A DNA stretch of 64,000 nucleotides, from the NCBI GenBank assembly GCA_963678065.2, contig CAXXVZ010000003.1, positions 2,176,001-2,240,000 of the forward strand, read 5' to 3'. The position numbers were made by a program, and so were the translations under genes. The notes beneath the pieces were generated by a model that was not told the origin of the DNA, did no database searches, and saw nothing but the letters and a program-made list of their open reading frames with translations. The stretch comes from Treponemataceae bacterium (GTDB lineage: Bacteria; Spirochaetota; Spirochaetia; Treponematales; Rectinemataceae). This document shows, one piece after another, positions 48,568-58,290 of the stretch. Numbering within the stretch: the stretch's first letter is position 1; each line of letters begins with the position of its first letter.

Positions 48568-49866
48568 ATGAAAATACCGCCCTTCCACCTGCGCCACGCC
48601 GCGGGCGGGATCGACGCCGATGCCCAGCTCATCAACCGGACACTTCTTGTCTTCATACTCGCAGTCCTCGGCTACGGTCTTGTGTCTTCACGATTTGATT
48701 TTCCGCAGATAGCGGCCGGACTGTTCACTATCATCCGTTCTCCGGACATCCTCATCAACGACTATGTCGCGAGGGCGGGCATCGGTCCAGCCTTCGTCAA
48801 TTCGGGGCTGAACGCCCTCGTGGCATTCTGCCTTCTGCGCCTTTCCGGAGTCCTCATCTCGGGCCCGGCAATCGCCGCCCTCTTCACGGTCGCGGGGTTT
48901 TCCCTTTTCGGGAAAAACATCTACAACATCTGGCCGGTGATGGCGGGCATCGGCCTCTACATCAGGATCTCCGGCAGGCCTTTCAAGGAAATCGTCATCG
49001 TCGCCCTTTTCGGAACCGCCCTCGCCCCCATCGTGAGCGAGTTCACCTTCGCGCTCGGAATTCCCTTTCCCCTCAACGTACCCGCCGGAATCCTGGCCGG
49101 ACTCTGCGCCGGGCTCATACTTCCTCCCATAGCCCGCAACGCCCTCGATTTCACGAGAGGATACAACCTCTACAACATCGGCTTCGCGGCGGGTTTCGTC
49201 GGGACGATAACGATGTCCATCATGAGGGCCTTCGACCTCGAACTGTCGGGCGGGTTCGCGTGGGGAAAAGTCGCGCCCGCGACCATCGTTCCCTTCCTCG
49301 GCCTCTATTTCCTGTTCATGATCGCGGCGGGGATGGTGGAAGACAGAGAATGGCTCGCCGGCTACAAGAAAATCCTCGCCTCGGGGGGGCGCCTCGTCAG
49401 CGATTTTCCGCGTTCGCACGGCATCGGCGCCACCCTCGTGAACATGGGCAGCATGGGTCTCGTCAGCATCGCCTACGTCTTCGCGATCGGAGGAGACTGG
49501 AATGGCCCCATGGTGGGCGGAATCTTCACCATCGTCGGTTTCTCCGCTTTCGGAAAGCATCCCCTCAACGCGCTGCCGCCGATGGCGGGAGTCGCCCTCG
49601 CCGCGAGTCTCACCCGCTACGGGCTCGCCTCCCCCACGTCCCAGCTGGCGGGACTTTTCGGCGCCACCCTGGCCCCGATTTCCGGCGTCTACGGCCCGGT
49701 GGCCGGCCTCATCGCCGGAATGCTTCACTTGACATTGGTCGTCAATGTAGGGACCCTCCATGGCGGACTCAATCTGTACAACAACGGTTTCTCGGGCGGC
49801 ATGACGGCCGGAATTCTCGTCCCCATTCTTGAATGGATCGATGACTGGAGAAGACATGAATCTTGA
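48568..49866 (+). CDS. DUF1576-family multi-pass membrane protein
   Basis: Internal duplication GF(S)xFGK(N/H)xxN, LFGxxLAPI, G(Y/L)NLYNxGF. Confidence 0.8.
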   Translation: MKIPPFHLRHAAGGIDADAQLINRTLLVFILAVLGYGLVSSRFDFPQIAAGLFTIIRSPDILINDYVARAGIGPAFVNSGLNALVAFCLLRLSGVLISGPAIAALFTVAGFSLFGKNIYNIWPVMAGIGLYIRISGRPFKEIVIVALFGTALAPIVSEFTFALGIPFPLNVPAGILAGLCAGLILPPIARNALDFTRGYNLYNIGFAAGFVGTITMSIMRAFDLELSGGFAWGKVAPATIVPFLGLYFLFMIAAGMVEDREWLAGYKKILASGGRLVSDFPRSHGIGATLVNMGSMGLVSIAYVFAIGGDWNGPMVGGIFTIVGFSAFGKHPLNALPPMAGVALAASLTRYGLASPTSQLAGLFGATLAPISGVYGPVAGLIAGMLHLTLVVNVGTLHGGLNLYNNGFSGGMTAGILVPILEWIDDWRRHES

Positions 49867-50218
49867 CGTGATGCAGCTCCTCAGGGCCGCGGACGAATTG
49901 TCCAAGTATTTGTATTCGAAAGGCGCGAGAAAGATACAGGTATCCTACGACTTTGCCCCCGAGCGCTCGTTCTGCGCCATCTCCGCCCCGGACCTCGTCC
50001 TTTCGCCAAAAGAGTGCGAGAGGCTCACGAAAATCTTTTCCGGCCCGATTCAGCCCGAGATCGCCGCGTATTACGGCGGGCTCGCGGGGCGCAGACGGGA
50101 CGAGCCGGAGCTGGAACTTCTGGGCACAATGACAGAACTCGAGGAATTCTTTTCTCTCGAGGGCACAGGAACAAAAATCATCCTGAGCCGTCGCGAAGCG
50201 GAATACTTCGGGGTCTGA
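49856..50218 (+). CDS. Small soluble hypothetical protein coupled to DUF1576
   Basis: Overlaps the DUF1576 3' end; GGAG RBS; QPEIAAYYGGLAG..ELELLGTM. Confidence 0.7.
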   Translation: MNLDVMQLLRAADELSKYLYSKGARKIQVSYDFAPERSFCAISAPDLVLSPKECERLTKIFSGPIQPEIAAYYGGLAGRRRDEPELELLGTMTELEEFFSLEGTGTKIILSRREAEYFGV

Positions 50219-50318
50219 GGCAGGACACCCAAGCTTTTGCCATCCGGATACGCGCCTGCCTTCCGGATACGCCGTCAGCGCGCCGTTCAGGCGATGCCCG
50301 GCGCACCCGTCCCGTGGC

Positions 50319-53207
50319 TCAAGACAGAGACGGGGGCTTCGTCGCGGCGGGAGTCTCCCGCCTGTCGGCATCGGCGCCTCCGGGGAGAGGGGCCGCCGGG
50401 ATTCCGGCGTCGGATGCTGCGGCGGCGGATGCCATCCCGGCCCCGGCATTCGTCGCCTGAAGGACAGAGGGTGTCTGTCCCGACTGTTCCGTCTTCAATG
50501 TACTGCTCGACAGGAACTGGCGCGAGCGCGATGCGAGCCAGTCCCGCAGCGAAGGCAGCGTCACCGCCACGAGCCCCGACAATTCTACGGCCACCTCATG
50601 CTCATGCTTGGCAAGAATGAAATCCACGAGGGCGTGGTCGGAGCGGTCGTCCATGACAGCCGCGTAGAGCTCGCTGAACGAGTACTTGCGGGCGTCCTTG
50701 TCGTCCTTGAGGATTCCCATGGGATGGTAGTCGGGGTCCAGGACAGCCTTGAGCGAACTCTCGGTGCGAGGCTCCTCGCGATAGAGGAAGAGCAGATCCA
50801 GGAGGGCGGTGAAACGATCCTCCTGCTCTCCTGAAATGACTCTCGGGATGATCTCCTCGAGATCCCTGCGGCGCAGCCTGAGAATCTTCATATACTTGCT
50901 GCTGCCTTCGATGAATCCAGCCACGAAGTCGGACCATATCTTCGTCTGCACGATGCTGGGAATTCCGAGCAGATCCCCGAGGGGCGCGAAGGCCGTGGCG
51001 AAGGGCCAGGCGATGACGCTCCGGAAGAAGTTGGCCCTGACGACCTTCTTGTCGAAGCCGCGCAGGGTATTGTGCGTCGCGAGATAGAGGCCGTTCGAAA
51101 AGGAGATGAAGAAGAACTTCACCGAATTGAAGAGGATGCCTTCATGTCCCCACGGCCAGACTACATCGAATTTCGCCTTGACGAACCCGAGGATGGGAAC
51201 CGAGAACCCTGTCCAGAAGAGGGAGCGTGCGACATTCCCGAAATTGATGCTCTTGAGGTTCCACTCACTCAGGCGGATACCGCGGTTGGCCACGAGATCG
51301 GCTATCGAGTTCCGGAAGCCTGTGATGAATAGCCAGAGGAAGGCGTAGAACGGGCCTATGAAATAGTTGGCGACGACAAATCCGATGAAGGTGTAGACGA
51401 GGTTGACGATGCCGGGATTCATGTAGCGCCAGGCCCTCGTGATGGGAATGTCGACCGAATCGTTCTCCGGCTCGTCCCCTATCAGGTTCATGGTTCCACC
51501 GGAGATTTTGCCCATGCTGAAGATGACTGGCGCCGAGGCGACCATTTCCTGCGTGACGGGTTTTCCGCCCGCTTCGATCATCGCCGAGATGAAAGCCGGA
51601 AGGGCGACATGGCGCTTGATGTATTTCTGGCGGAACTTTCCGCCGATCCTGTCCTGCCGGATGAAACCCATTCCTGGGATCTTGGGGCTCCGTCCCGTGG
51701 AGTCGCTGCCGCAGACAGGAATGTAGGGGGCCATGCCATCGCGGGAACTTTCAATATTGAGGTCGTTCAGGAAGCGGGCGAACTGGAGTATTTCGTCCGG
51801 GTCGCGGTGGACCGAGTCCTGCATATTGTAGATTTCGATCCGGTCGATTATTCCCCGGCTCTTCTCGAGAAGCTTTTTCGCCTTGTCGAGGCCGTATTCG
51901 AGCGGATGCAGGACTTTGAGCGTGCAGCCCGCCTCCGAGAGTATCGCTTTCATCTTCCCCATGTCGTCGAAGACAGTCTGGTAGTCGCCGATCTTGGGGT
52001 TCGTGAAATACTGCTTCCGCAGCTGGTCGGGGTTAAGTTCGCGGAATTCGTTGCGAAGCCGGGAATAGCGCTCGTCGATTATCCGGAAATCCCACTCGGA
52101 GATCAGCTTCTTCCGGAAATCGCCGCGGGCCTTCTCCATCTGAACCTTCAGGAGGAGGACCCGGTTGAACAGGACGGGCTTGTAATAGGAATACAGGAAC
52201 TCTCCGAGGTGCATGCGGTTGATGCTCGAGAGCGGAATGAAGGCGCTCAGGTTTTTCATCCTCAGCTTGGGCACCGCGTAGAGCTTGTCGCCCGCATAGC
52301 CTTCATTGATCTCTTTCAGTGAAGTCTTGTCGAAGTTTTTCAAAAGACTTCTGACAGCCTCGATCCTGTTGACCTGGTTCCTTTCGAGCCCGTCGAAGAG
52401 CTCCTTGAGTCCCGCCGAATGCTCCTTGAACCAGCGCTCCACGTCCTTGCCGTTCTTGAATGTGGGCAGGAGGGTCATGAAGTGGAAACGCCTGCCCTGG
52501 ACCAGCATGCTGAACTCGAGCCCGATATTGACGCGGATTCCGACAATTCTTCCCGCCTCGATAGCCTCTTCCATCATATCGAGGGAAGCCGCCGAACCGT
52601 AGGCGATGGTCAGCTCCGAAATACCCTTGATGAAAGCGTCGATGAGGAGCTGGGTGGCGTTCTTGCGGCCCGAGGTGGCAGTGTCGTGGACATGTTCGTC
52701 CCAGCCAACATCGAGATTCTTGAGGCGCGAGCCTGTTTCCGGCAACTCGATAATGTTGAGCTCGTCGCAGAGCTTGCGGATGACCTGGTATTGCCCATGG
52801 GAAGAGACAGAGAAATCCTGCAAAAGCTCGAGTTGTCTGCGCCTGTTGCCGCGGTTCTTGACGGCCTCCTTGATGAGGGCCATCTGGACACGCGCCGTAT
52901 TGAGGGGCAGATCGAGAGACTTCGCGTGGAAAGAGACGTCCACCATCAAGCGGAGGGCGCGCAGTCTCGCTTTGGACTGTTTGGACTCAAGATCCCTGAT
53001 GACCATGAGATAGGCTTCCGCGATGGAAATTCGCCGTTTCTTGAACCATCGCGTCACGCCGAGAGGGTGCGAATGAGGGGCGGGCGCGATGGTGTCGGGG
53101 ATGTCTATCTTGGTGTTGAGCTCTCGTCTGAGCTTGTAGAGTTCGGACGAGAAACTGAGCGCATTGACAAGATTTTCGTAGTATCGGTGCAGATCGGGTT
53201 TTTTCAT
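50319..53207 (-). CDS. Large hypothetical protein: degenerate PHP-like domain plus membrane domain
   Basis: 962-aa ORF with GAAGGA RBS; HVHD, GLEFS, LHP, IEIYN, GSDS in PHP order; TM helices in the C-terminal third. Confidence 0.7.
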   Translation of the reverse strand: MKKPDLHRYYENLVNALSFSSELYKLRRELNTKIDIPDTIAPAPHSHPLGVTRWFKKRRISIAEAYLMVIRDLESKQSKARLRALRLMVDVSFHAKSLDLPLNTARVQMALIKEAVKNRGNRRRQLELLQDFSVSSHGQYQVIRKLCDELNIIELPETGSRLKNLDVGWDEHVHDTATSGRKNATQLLIDAFIKGISELTIAYGSAASLDMMEEAIEAGRIVGIRVNIGLEFSMLVQGRRFHFMTLLPTFKNGKDVERWFKEHSAGLKELFDGLERNQVNRIEAVRSLLKNFDKTSLKEINEGYAGDKLYAVPKLRMKNLSAFIPLSSINRMHLGEFLYSYYKPVLFNRVLLLKVQMEKARGDFRKKLISEWDFRIIDERYSRLRNEFRELNPDQLRKQYFTNPKIGDYQTVFDDMGKMKAILSEAGCTLKVLHPLEYGLDKAKKLLEKSRGIIDRIEIYNMQDSVHRDPDEILQFARFLNDLNIESSRDGMAPYIPVCGSDSTGRSPKIPGMGFIRQDRIGGKFRQKYIKRHVALPAFISAMIEAGGKPVTQEMVASAPVIFSMGKISGGTMNLIGDEPENDSVDIPITRAWRYMNPGIVNLVYTFIGFVVANYFIGPFYAFLWLFITGFRNSIADLVANRGIRLSEWNLKSINFGNVARSLFWTGFSVPILGFVKAKFDVVWPWGHEGILFNSVKFFFISFSNGLYLATHNTLRGFDKKVVRANFFRSVIAWPFATAFAPLGDLLGIPSIVQTKIWSDFVAGFIEGSSKYMKILRLRRRDLEEIIPRVISGEQEDRFTALLDLLFLYREEPRTESSLKAVLDPDYHPMGILKDDKDARKYSFSELYAAVMDDRSDHALVDFILAKHEHEVAVELSGLVAVTLPSLRDWLASRSRQFLSSSTLKTEQSGQTPSVLQATNAGAGMASAAAASDAGIPAAPLPGGADADRRETPAATKPPSLS

Positions 53208-53282
53208 GCCATCCTTCAGTATAAAAGAGGAATTATACCCGGATGCGATCGGATTCGCAATTATGAATCGCCAAGAACGTTT

Positions 53283-54152
53283 TCAGGAATCTGTTTTCGT
53301 CTCGATCCGGGCCATCTCATAGCCGGCGCGGGTTATCTCCAGCGCTCCGAAAACATGCCTCGAGACGGTCTCCTTCTCCTTCAGGAAAAGCATGTTGATG
53401 AGAATCTGGAGACTGGTGACAAGTCCGACATAGGAGTTGGTCATGACGAGGGAGTTGCTCTCGCAGCGGACCACGGTGTTGGCGAAGTGGTAGGCGGGGC
53501 AGCGGGGCGAATCGGTGAAGAGAATCAAGCGCGCGCCTCTCTGCTGCGCATGGCTCGCCACATGGGCGACCTCTCCGGAATAGGGCGAAAAATCCGCGGC
53601 GAAGACGATGTCGCCCGCCGCGCATGTGTTGAAGCGGCAGGAGTAGTCGACGACAGCACCCTTCAGCGTAATCACTTCCTTGGGAATGGTGCACGCGAAG
53701 GAGAAGGAGAGCATGTCCATTATATAACTGCTGAGTCCGAAGCCGCAGGTGTATATCTTTCCGGCGCCCAGTATTCCCTCGATGATGGAGTTCATGGTTT
53801 CGAGATCGAGCCCGGCGAGGGTGTTTTTTAGATTGATCTCCTCGTTTTCGCGGAGGACCTTGAACTGGAGATCCTGCGGCAGGGGCTCGAGTTCCTCCGG
53901 CCCGATCCTGTCATTCCGGCCTAGCTGTTGTCTGAGCTCATCCTGGAGCGCTTTTTTCAGGTCGGCGTATCCATCGAATCCGAGCGACTTGGTGAAGCGC
54001 ACGATGGACGCGGTGCTGACGCCTATTTTTTCGCTGAGGCTGTATATCGACAGGAAGCCCACCCCCTGATGGTTCTCCATGATGTATATGGCTATCTTGC
54101 GATAAATGGGAGGCATGGACGACAATGCGGCCTCTATCGTTTCCAGTATCAT
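53283..54152 (-). CDS. MurR/RpiR-family regulator
   Basis: LSEKIGVSTASIVRFTKSLGFDGYADLK HTH plus SIS domain. Confidence 0.92.
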   Translation of the reverse strand: MILETIEAALSSMPPIYRKIAIYIMENHQGVGFLSIYSLSEKIGVSTASIVRFTKSLGFDGYADLKKALQDELRQQLGRNDRIGPEELEPLPQDLQFKVLRENEEINLKNTLAGLDLETMNSIIEGILGAGKIYTCGFGLSSYIMDMLSFSFACTIPKEVITLKGAVVDYSCRFNTCAAGDIVFAADFSPYSGEVAHVASHAQQRGARLILFTDSPRCPAYHFANTVVRCESNSLVMTNSYVGLVTSLQILINMLFLKEKETVSRHVFGALEITRAGYEMARIETKTDS

Positions 54153-54374
54153 GCTAAATCCTTTCCGATAATCAGTTCGCGCGCAGCGAGTTACTTTGAA
54201 GCAGATCGTTAAGGAAATAATAGTAAGGCTTGGGCGGGAATTCGGTCAAGATATCAAAAATTCAATATTATATTTTCAAAACGTAAAAATACACTGTACT
54301 CCTTACCGGGGCGGAAGGGTCCTGCCCCGGTCGGTCCACCCCGGGGCATGAACGGTTCTGTACAAACGGGAAAC

Positions 54375-56492
54375 CTAGCGCGCGAGCGAGTATCCGGTCA
54401 GCGAGGACAGTTTCTGGAGCTTTTCCGCGATGCGCTTCTCGCTCTGAGCCAAGAGCAGGGACGCATCGGAGGCGGCCTTGGCCACCGACGCGACGATCGG
54501 AGCCCTGGCGGAATTCTTCCCGAGATCTGCCGCGAACTCGTCGAATGGGGTCGGCCGTGGAAGTTGAAGGGCGAGGCGCCGGCGGATCGGGCCGATGGAA
54601 GAATCGGCCGTGTCGAGGAACTGCTTCTCGTAAGGTCTGGCTTCGTCAGGCAGCCCTGCGAGGATTTCACGGACCGTGAGACTGAGGGGCTTGCCCTTGT
54701 TGTCGACCGTGACTTTACGTCCGAGAGCGGATTCCAGATCTTTGGCGGCCTCCTCCAGCCCGCCGGCTGTCTGATCCATGCCCGTGGCCAGGGAATCGGC
54801 GGCTGACTGGACCGAAGTGGAGCGGAACAGCTCGTCGGTGGCCGATTCAGCGGAATCGAAGGCGCCGTTCATCGACCGCAATCCTTTCTGAAGGGAGGCC
54901 GTCTCGCGCGAAAGATCCCGCAGGTTCTCAAGCCCGTCCCTGAAATCGGATTCAGACTTCAGGGTCGAAATGCCATCCGCAATCTTGCCATAGGCTGAAG
55001 CGAGGCGTCCCAGAGTGAGCTTCATACCTTCTATGGTCCCTTTGGTTCTGTCCGTGACGGTTTTCAGGTCCGTGATCGCGGTCTTCAAAGGAAGGAGAGA
55101 AGGTTTTTCCGCGCTTCCCGCCGCGATTTCGCCTGTGGCGGAGACTTCGCCTCTGGCGACGGCTCCGACCTTGGTCGCGGATTCGAGAAGCGGAGCAAAA
55201 CCGGCCGCAAGCTCGGCGACTGGCCTCGCGAGGGATGTCCCGGCGGCAAGCTCCGAAAGATTTTTCAGGACGGCAGAGGTTTTTGGCTCCAGAGCGGCTA
55301 TCTTCGTGGCGATGGCCTGGGCCTTGTCGATCTGCGAGAGCGAGAGGTCGACTTTGTAGGAAATAGAGGTGATCCGGCCGTACAGTCTGGCCATTTCGTT
55401 GCCGGCGTCGGAGAGGAAAGGACGCATCCCCGCGAGCTCCCCGTTCACCGAGATCATGTAGATCCGCTTGGTCGTATCCAGGTAATTGGGCACCCATTTC
55501 TGGGCCTCGCGGTAGGCTGCGATAGCGCCGTCCGGGTCCGGCCGCCCCGCGCTATCCTCGATATTCCTTCCAAGGCGGTAATAACGGTCGGCGAGCCTTT
55601 CCTTGACTCGGGGCAGACGCCAGAGGGCATCCGTCTGGGTCGGATTCCAGGTCAGGGCTTCCTCGTAGAGCTTCACTGCCTGCTTGAGGCTGTCGGTCTG
55701 GTCCTTGTACTCCTCCGTCGTTCCCTCGGATGCGAACACATCCGCGAGGCGAAGGGAATAAGACTTGAGCCCGTCGCGGGCCTTGGCGTTGGCGGGCTCG
55801 AAATCGAGAGCCAGCTTGTACGCTTCGATCGCACTTTTCAGCTCGCCGGTATCGTAGGACTGAGCGAAGCGCTGCGCGTAGTTCAGACAGGCTGAAGCCG
55901 CTCCGGCGCGGGCCTGGAAGCGGACATCGGCCGATTCATCGGCGTAGTCGTTGATGGCCGACCCGAAGGCGGATTTTGCCGCCGCGATCTTGCCGTGCGC
56001 TATTTCGTCGAAGCCGAGGGCAAAAAACGCGTCGAAGGCCTTCGATTTTTCGGCTTTCAGCTGACTCGAGTAGTCCCGGATCACGGTGGTCCATTCCCAT
56101 TTTCCCGAGGGATCCTTGAACGGCAAAGAGAGGGAACCGAGAGCGGAATGTATCTGGACAAGGAGCGAATAGATGCGGACTCTGCGCGCCAGGGTCTTCG
56201 GATCTGCGGACTTCTCGGCCGCTGCGAGCTCGGCGAGGGCCCCCGATTGCGCCTGGTCGAAGTTGTCCCGCAGGAATTCCTGGGCCTGGATGAGTTTAGG
56301 ATCGAGTTTGACAGAATCGATCGCGTAGAGGATAGCCTCGAGATTCCGGCCTTCGGACAATGCCCTCCTCGCGTCGTTCAGGGCGCTGCCTCCTTTGGAA
56401 AAAACGACGGCGAGACTCGCGCAACCCGCGAAGGCCGAAAGCAGGAGACCAGCCATGAGCACAGCCACAAGGCCAGAACCGATCTTTTTCAT
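54375..56492 (-). CDS. Lipoprotein with TPR-like repeats and long coiled-coil C-terminus
   Basis: MKK..LLLSAFAGC lipobox; AIEAYKLALDFEP, AVKLYEEALTWNP, AIAAYREAQKWVP; GGAGGT RBS. Confidence 0.75.
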   Translation of the reverse strand: MKKIGSGLVAVLMAGLLLSAFAGCASLAVVFSKGGSALNDARRALSEGRNLEAILYAIDSVKLDPKLIQAQEFLRDNFDQAQSGALAELAAAEKSADPKTLARRVRIYSLLVQIHSALGSLSLPFKDPSGKWEWTTVIRDYSSQLKAEKSKAFDAFFALGFDEIAHGKIAAAKSAFGSAINDYADESADVRFQARAGAASACLNYAQRFAQSYDTGELKSAIEAYKLALDFEPANAKARDGLKSYSLRLADVFASEGTTEEYKDQTDSLKQAVKLYEEALTWNPTQTDALWRLPRVKERLADRYYRLGRNIEDSAGRPDPDGAIAAYREAQKWVPNYLDTTKRIYMISVNGELAGMRPFLSDAGNEMARLYGRITSISYKVDLSLSQIDKAQAIATKIAALEPKTSAVLKNLSELAAGTSLARPVAELAAGFAPLLESATKVGAVARGEVSATGEIAAGSAEKPSLLPLKTAITDLKTVTDRTKGTIEGMKLTLGRLASAYGKIADGISTLKSESDFRDGLENLRDLSRETASLQKGLRSMNGAFDSAESATDELFRSTSVQSAADSLATGMDQTAGGLEEAAKDLESALGRKVTVDNKGKPLSLTVREILAGLPDEARPYEKQFLDTADSSIGPIRRRLALQLPRPTPFDEFAADLGKNSARAPIVASVAKAASDASLLLAQSEKRIAEKLQKLSSLTGYSLAR

Positions 56493-56688
56493 CGGGGCAC
56501 CTCCGAGAGAATCATGAATACTACCTTACTATACACCCGATCTCCGGAATTTTCATGAAGAGCTTTCGGGGAAAACATTCTCAGGCTTTTCTCCGCGGAG
56601 TATTGTCCGGGAGCCCGGCCGGCCCGGAGAATCCAGTCCCGCGCCCCCTTTGAATCCCCTGCCTCCTCGGATATCATTCGACATCGTC

Positions 56689-57978
56689 ATGGAACACTAC
56701 GACATCGTCATAATCGGATCGGGACCGGCCGGACTCGGCGCGGCCTTCGAACTCGTCTCGCGCAATCCTTCCCTATCGATCCTCATGCTGGACAAGACTG
56801 AACACTCATCGGGCGGTCTGCGCAACGACTGCAAGATGAACTTCTCCTGGCCCATCGGCTTCCCTGAGACAAGCTGGACGCAGAACCAGGCCTCTGCCTA
56901 TCTCGAACGGGTCGAGGCATTCCTCCAGCCCCGGATCATGGAGCGGCGCAATCTCGGGGTCTACTCGCGCAGAGCGGAAAAAATCGGCGTACGGCTCCTC
57001 GAGATCCGTCAATCCCACCTCGGGACGGATGGCGGGCTCGAACTCATCGTGAGCCTGATGGCGCGGCTTTCGTCGGCCGGAGTCGCCCTCGCCCTCGGAG
57101 AGAAGGCGCTCGGACTCGACGCGGAAAAGCGGGTTCTGACGACGCAGACCCGTGAGCTCTCCTACACCGACCTCGTCGTCGCGCCTGGGCGCGGCGGCTT
57201 CTCCTACCTGCAGGATCTCATGACTCAGGCAGGCATCGAGTTCACCGACAACGCCGTCGATGTCGGCATCCGGATCGAGACGCGCGAGGCCCACTACCCC
57301 ATCGTCGCTGATTACTACGATCCGAAATTTCTTTTTCCGAAAAAGGTGAGAACCTTCTGTACGAACTCGCGCGCGGCCCACGTGGTGCAGGAAAAATACG
57401 AGGGAGATCACGGCAAGCCCTGGTATTCGGTGAACGGTCACGCCTGGTCGGGCGCCAGACCCGCCAACGGGCTCGTCAATTTCGCCATGCTGAAGACGGT
57501 GACCCTGACCGAGCCCCTCGCCTCGGGCCAGGCATACGCGCGCATGCTGGGCATCCAGGCATCGCTCCTCGGTGGCGGGAAGCCGATCATGCAGCGGGTG
57601 GGCGACTTCAGGCTGGGCAAGAGATCCTTCGCGCACTCGTTCACGGGCGATCTCTACGATTTCGAGCCGACGCTGCCCTCGGCCACTCCGGGCGACATCG
57701 GACTCAGCGCCCCGGCCAAGGTCCTTCGCTCGCTGTGGAACGCGATGAAGCTCCTCGACACGGTCGTGCCGGGGCTTCTGCACCCGAGCACGATCATGTA
57801 CTACCCGGAGATCAAACTCTACGCCAACCGGCCTATCTTCATCGATGACCATTTCATGGCGCGCCCCGGACTCTACCTCATCGGCGATGGAGCGGGCACG
57901 AGCCGCGGCATAACAGCGGCCTGGGCTTCGGGACTTCGGGCCGCGGACGGCATACTCGCGCGGCGAAACCGGGACTAA
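56689..57978 (+). CDS. FAD-dependent oxidoreductase
   Basis: YDIVIIGSGPAG, VAPGRGG, VRTFC, IGDGAGTSRG. Confidence 0.85.
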   Translation: MEHYDIVIIGSGPAGLGAAFELVSRNPSLSILMLDKTEHSSGGLRNDCKMNFSWPIGFPETSWTQNQASAYLERVEAFLQPRIMERRNLGVYSRRAEKIGVRLLEIRQSHLGTDGGLELIVSLMARLSSAGVALALGEKALGLDAEKRVLTTQTRELSYTDLVVAPGRGGFSYLQDLMTQAGIEFTDNAVDVGIRIETREAHYPIVADYYDPKFLFPKKVRTFCTNSRAAHVVQEKYEGDHGKPWYSVNGHAWSGARPANGLVNFAMLKTVTLTEPLASGQAYARMLGIQASLLGGGKPIMQRVGDFRLGKRSFAHSFTGDLYDFEPTLPSATPGDIGLSAPAKVLRSLWNAMKLLDTVVPGLLHPSTIMYYPEIKLYANRPIFIDDHFMARPGLYLIGDGAGTSRGITAAWASGLRAADGILARRNRD

Positions 57979-58004
57979 AGCGGGACGGGATTGTCCGGCG
58001 AAGC

Positions 58005-58226
58005 CTATTTGGCCTTCTTCCCGGGGAAGAAATTGTTGATGATCCAGACCCTGTTGAAATAGAGGTGTACCAGGATCGAAGCCCCGAACAGGAGCCCGTT
58101 GGCTTCGTGCAGCTCGTACGCGAAAGATAGACCGGAAAATTTCATGACGGGGATAGTGATGAATTGCGCGAGAAGCAGAAAGAACACCACAGGATTCACG
58201 TACACGAGTGGATTTGTTTTTTTCAC
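58005..58226 (-). CDS. Small two-TM protein with His residues (cytochrome-b-like)
   Basis: YELHEANG...LVHLYFN..WI; GTG start after GGAG. Confidence 0.6.
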   Translation of the reverse strand: MKKTNPLVYVNPVVFFLLLAQFITIPVMKFSGLSFAYELHEANGLLFGASILVHLYFNRVWIINNFFPGKKAK

Positions 58227-58290
58227 GACGACACTCCGATTCAGGACAAGATGAACTTGAAGAGGGCCTCACGGTCCCCAGTGAGCACAG

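Noticed and set aside
41197..50272. TCCGGATACG occurring three times in intergenic DNA (near 41199, 50244, 50263) as a REP-like family
   Set aside because: Too short and too few copies; flanks are not shared
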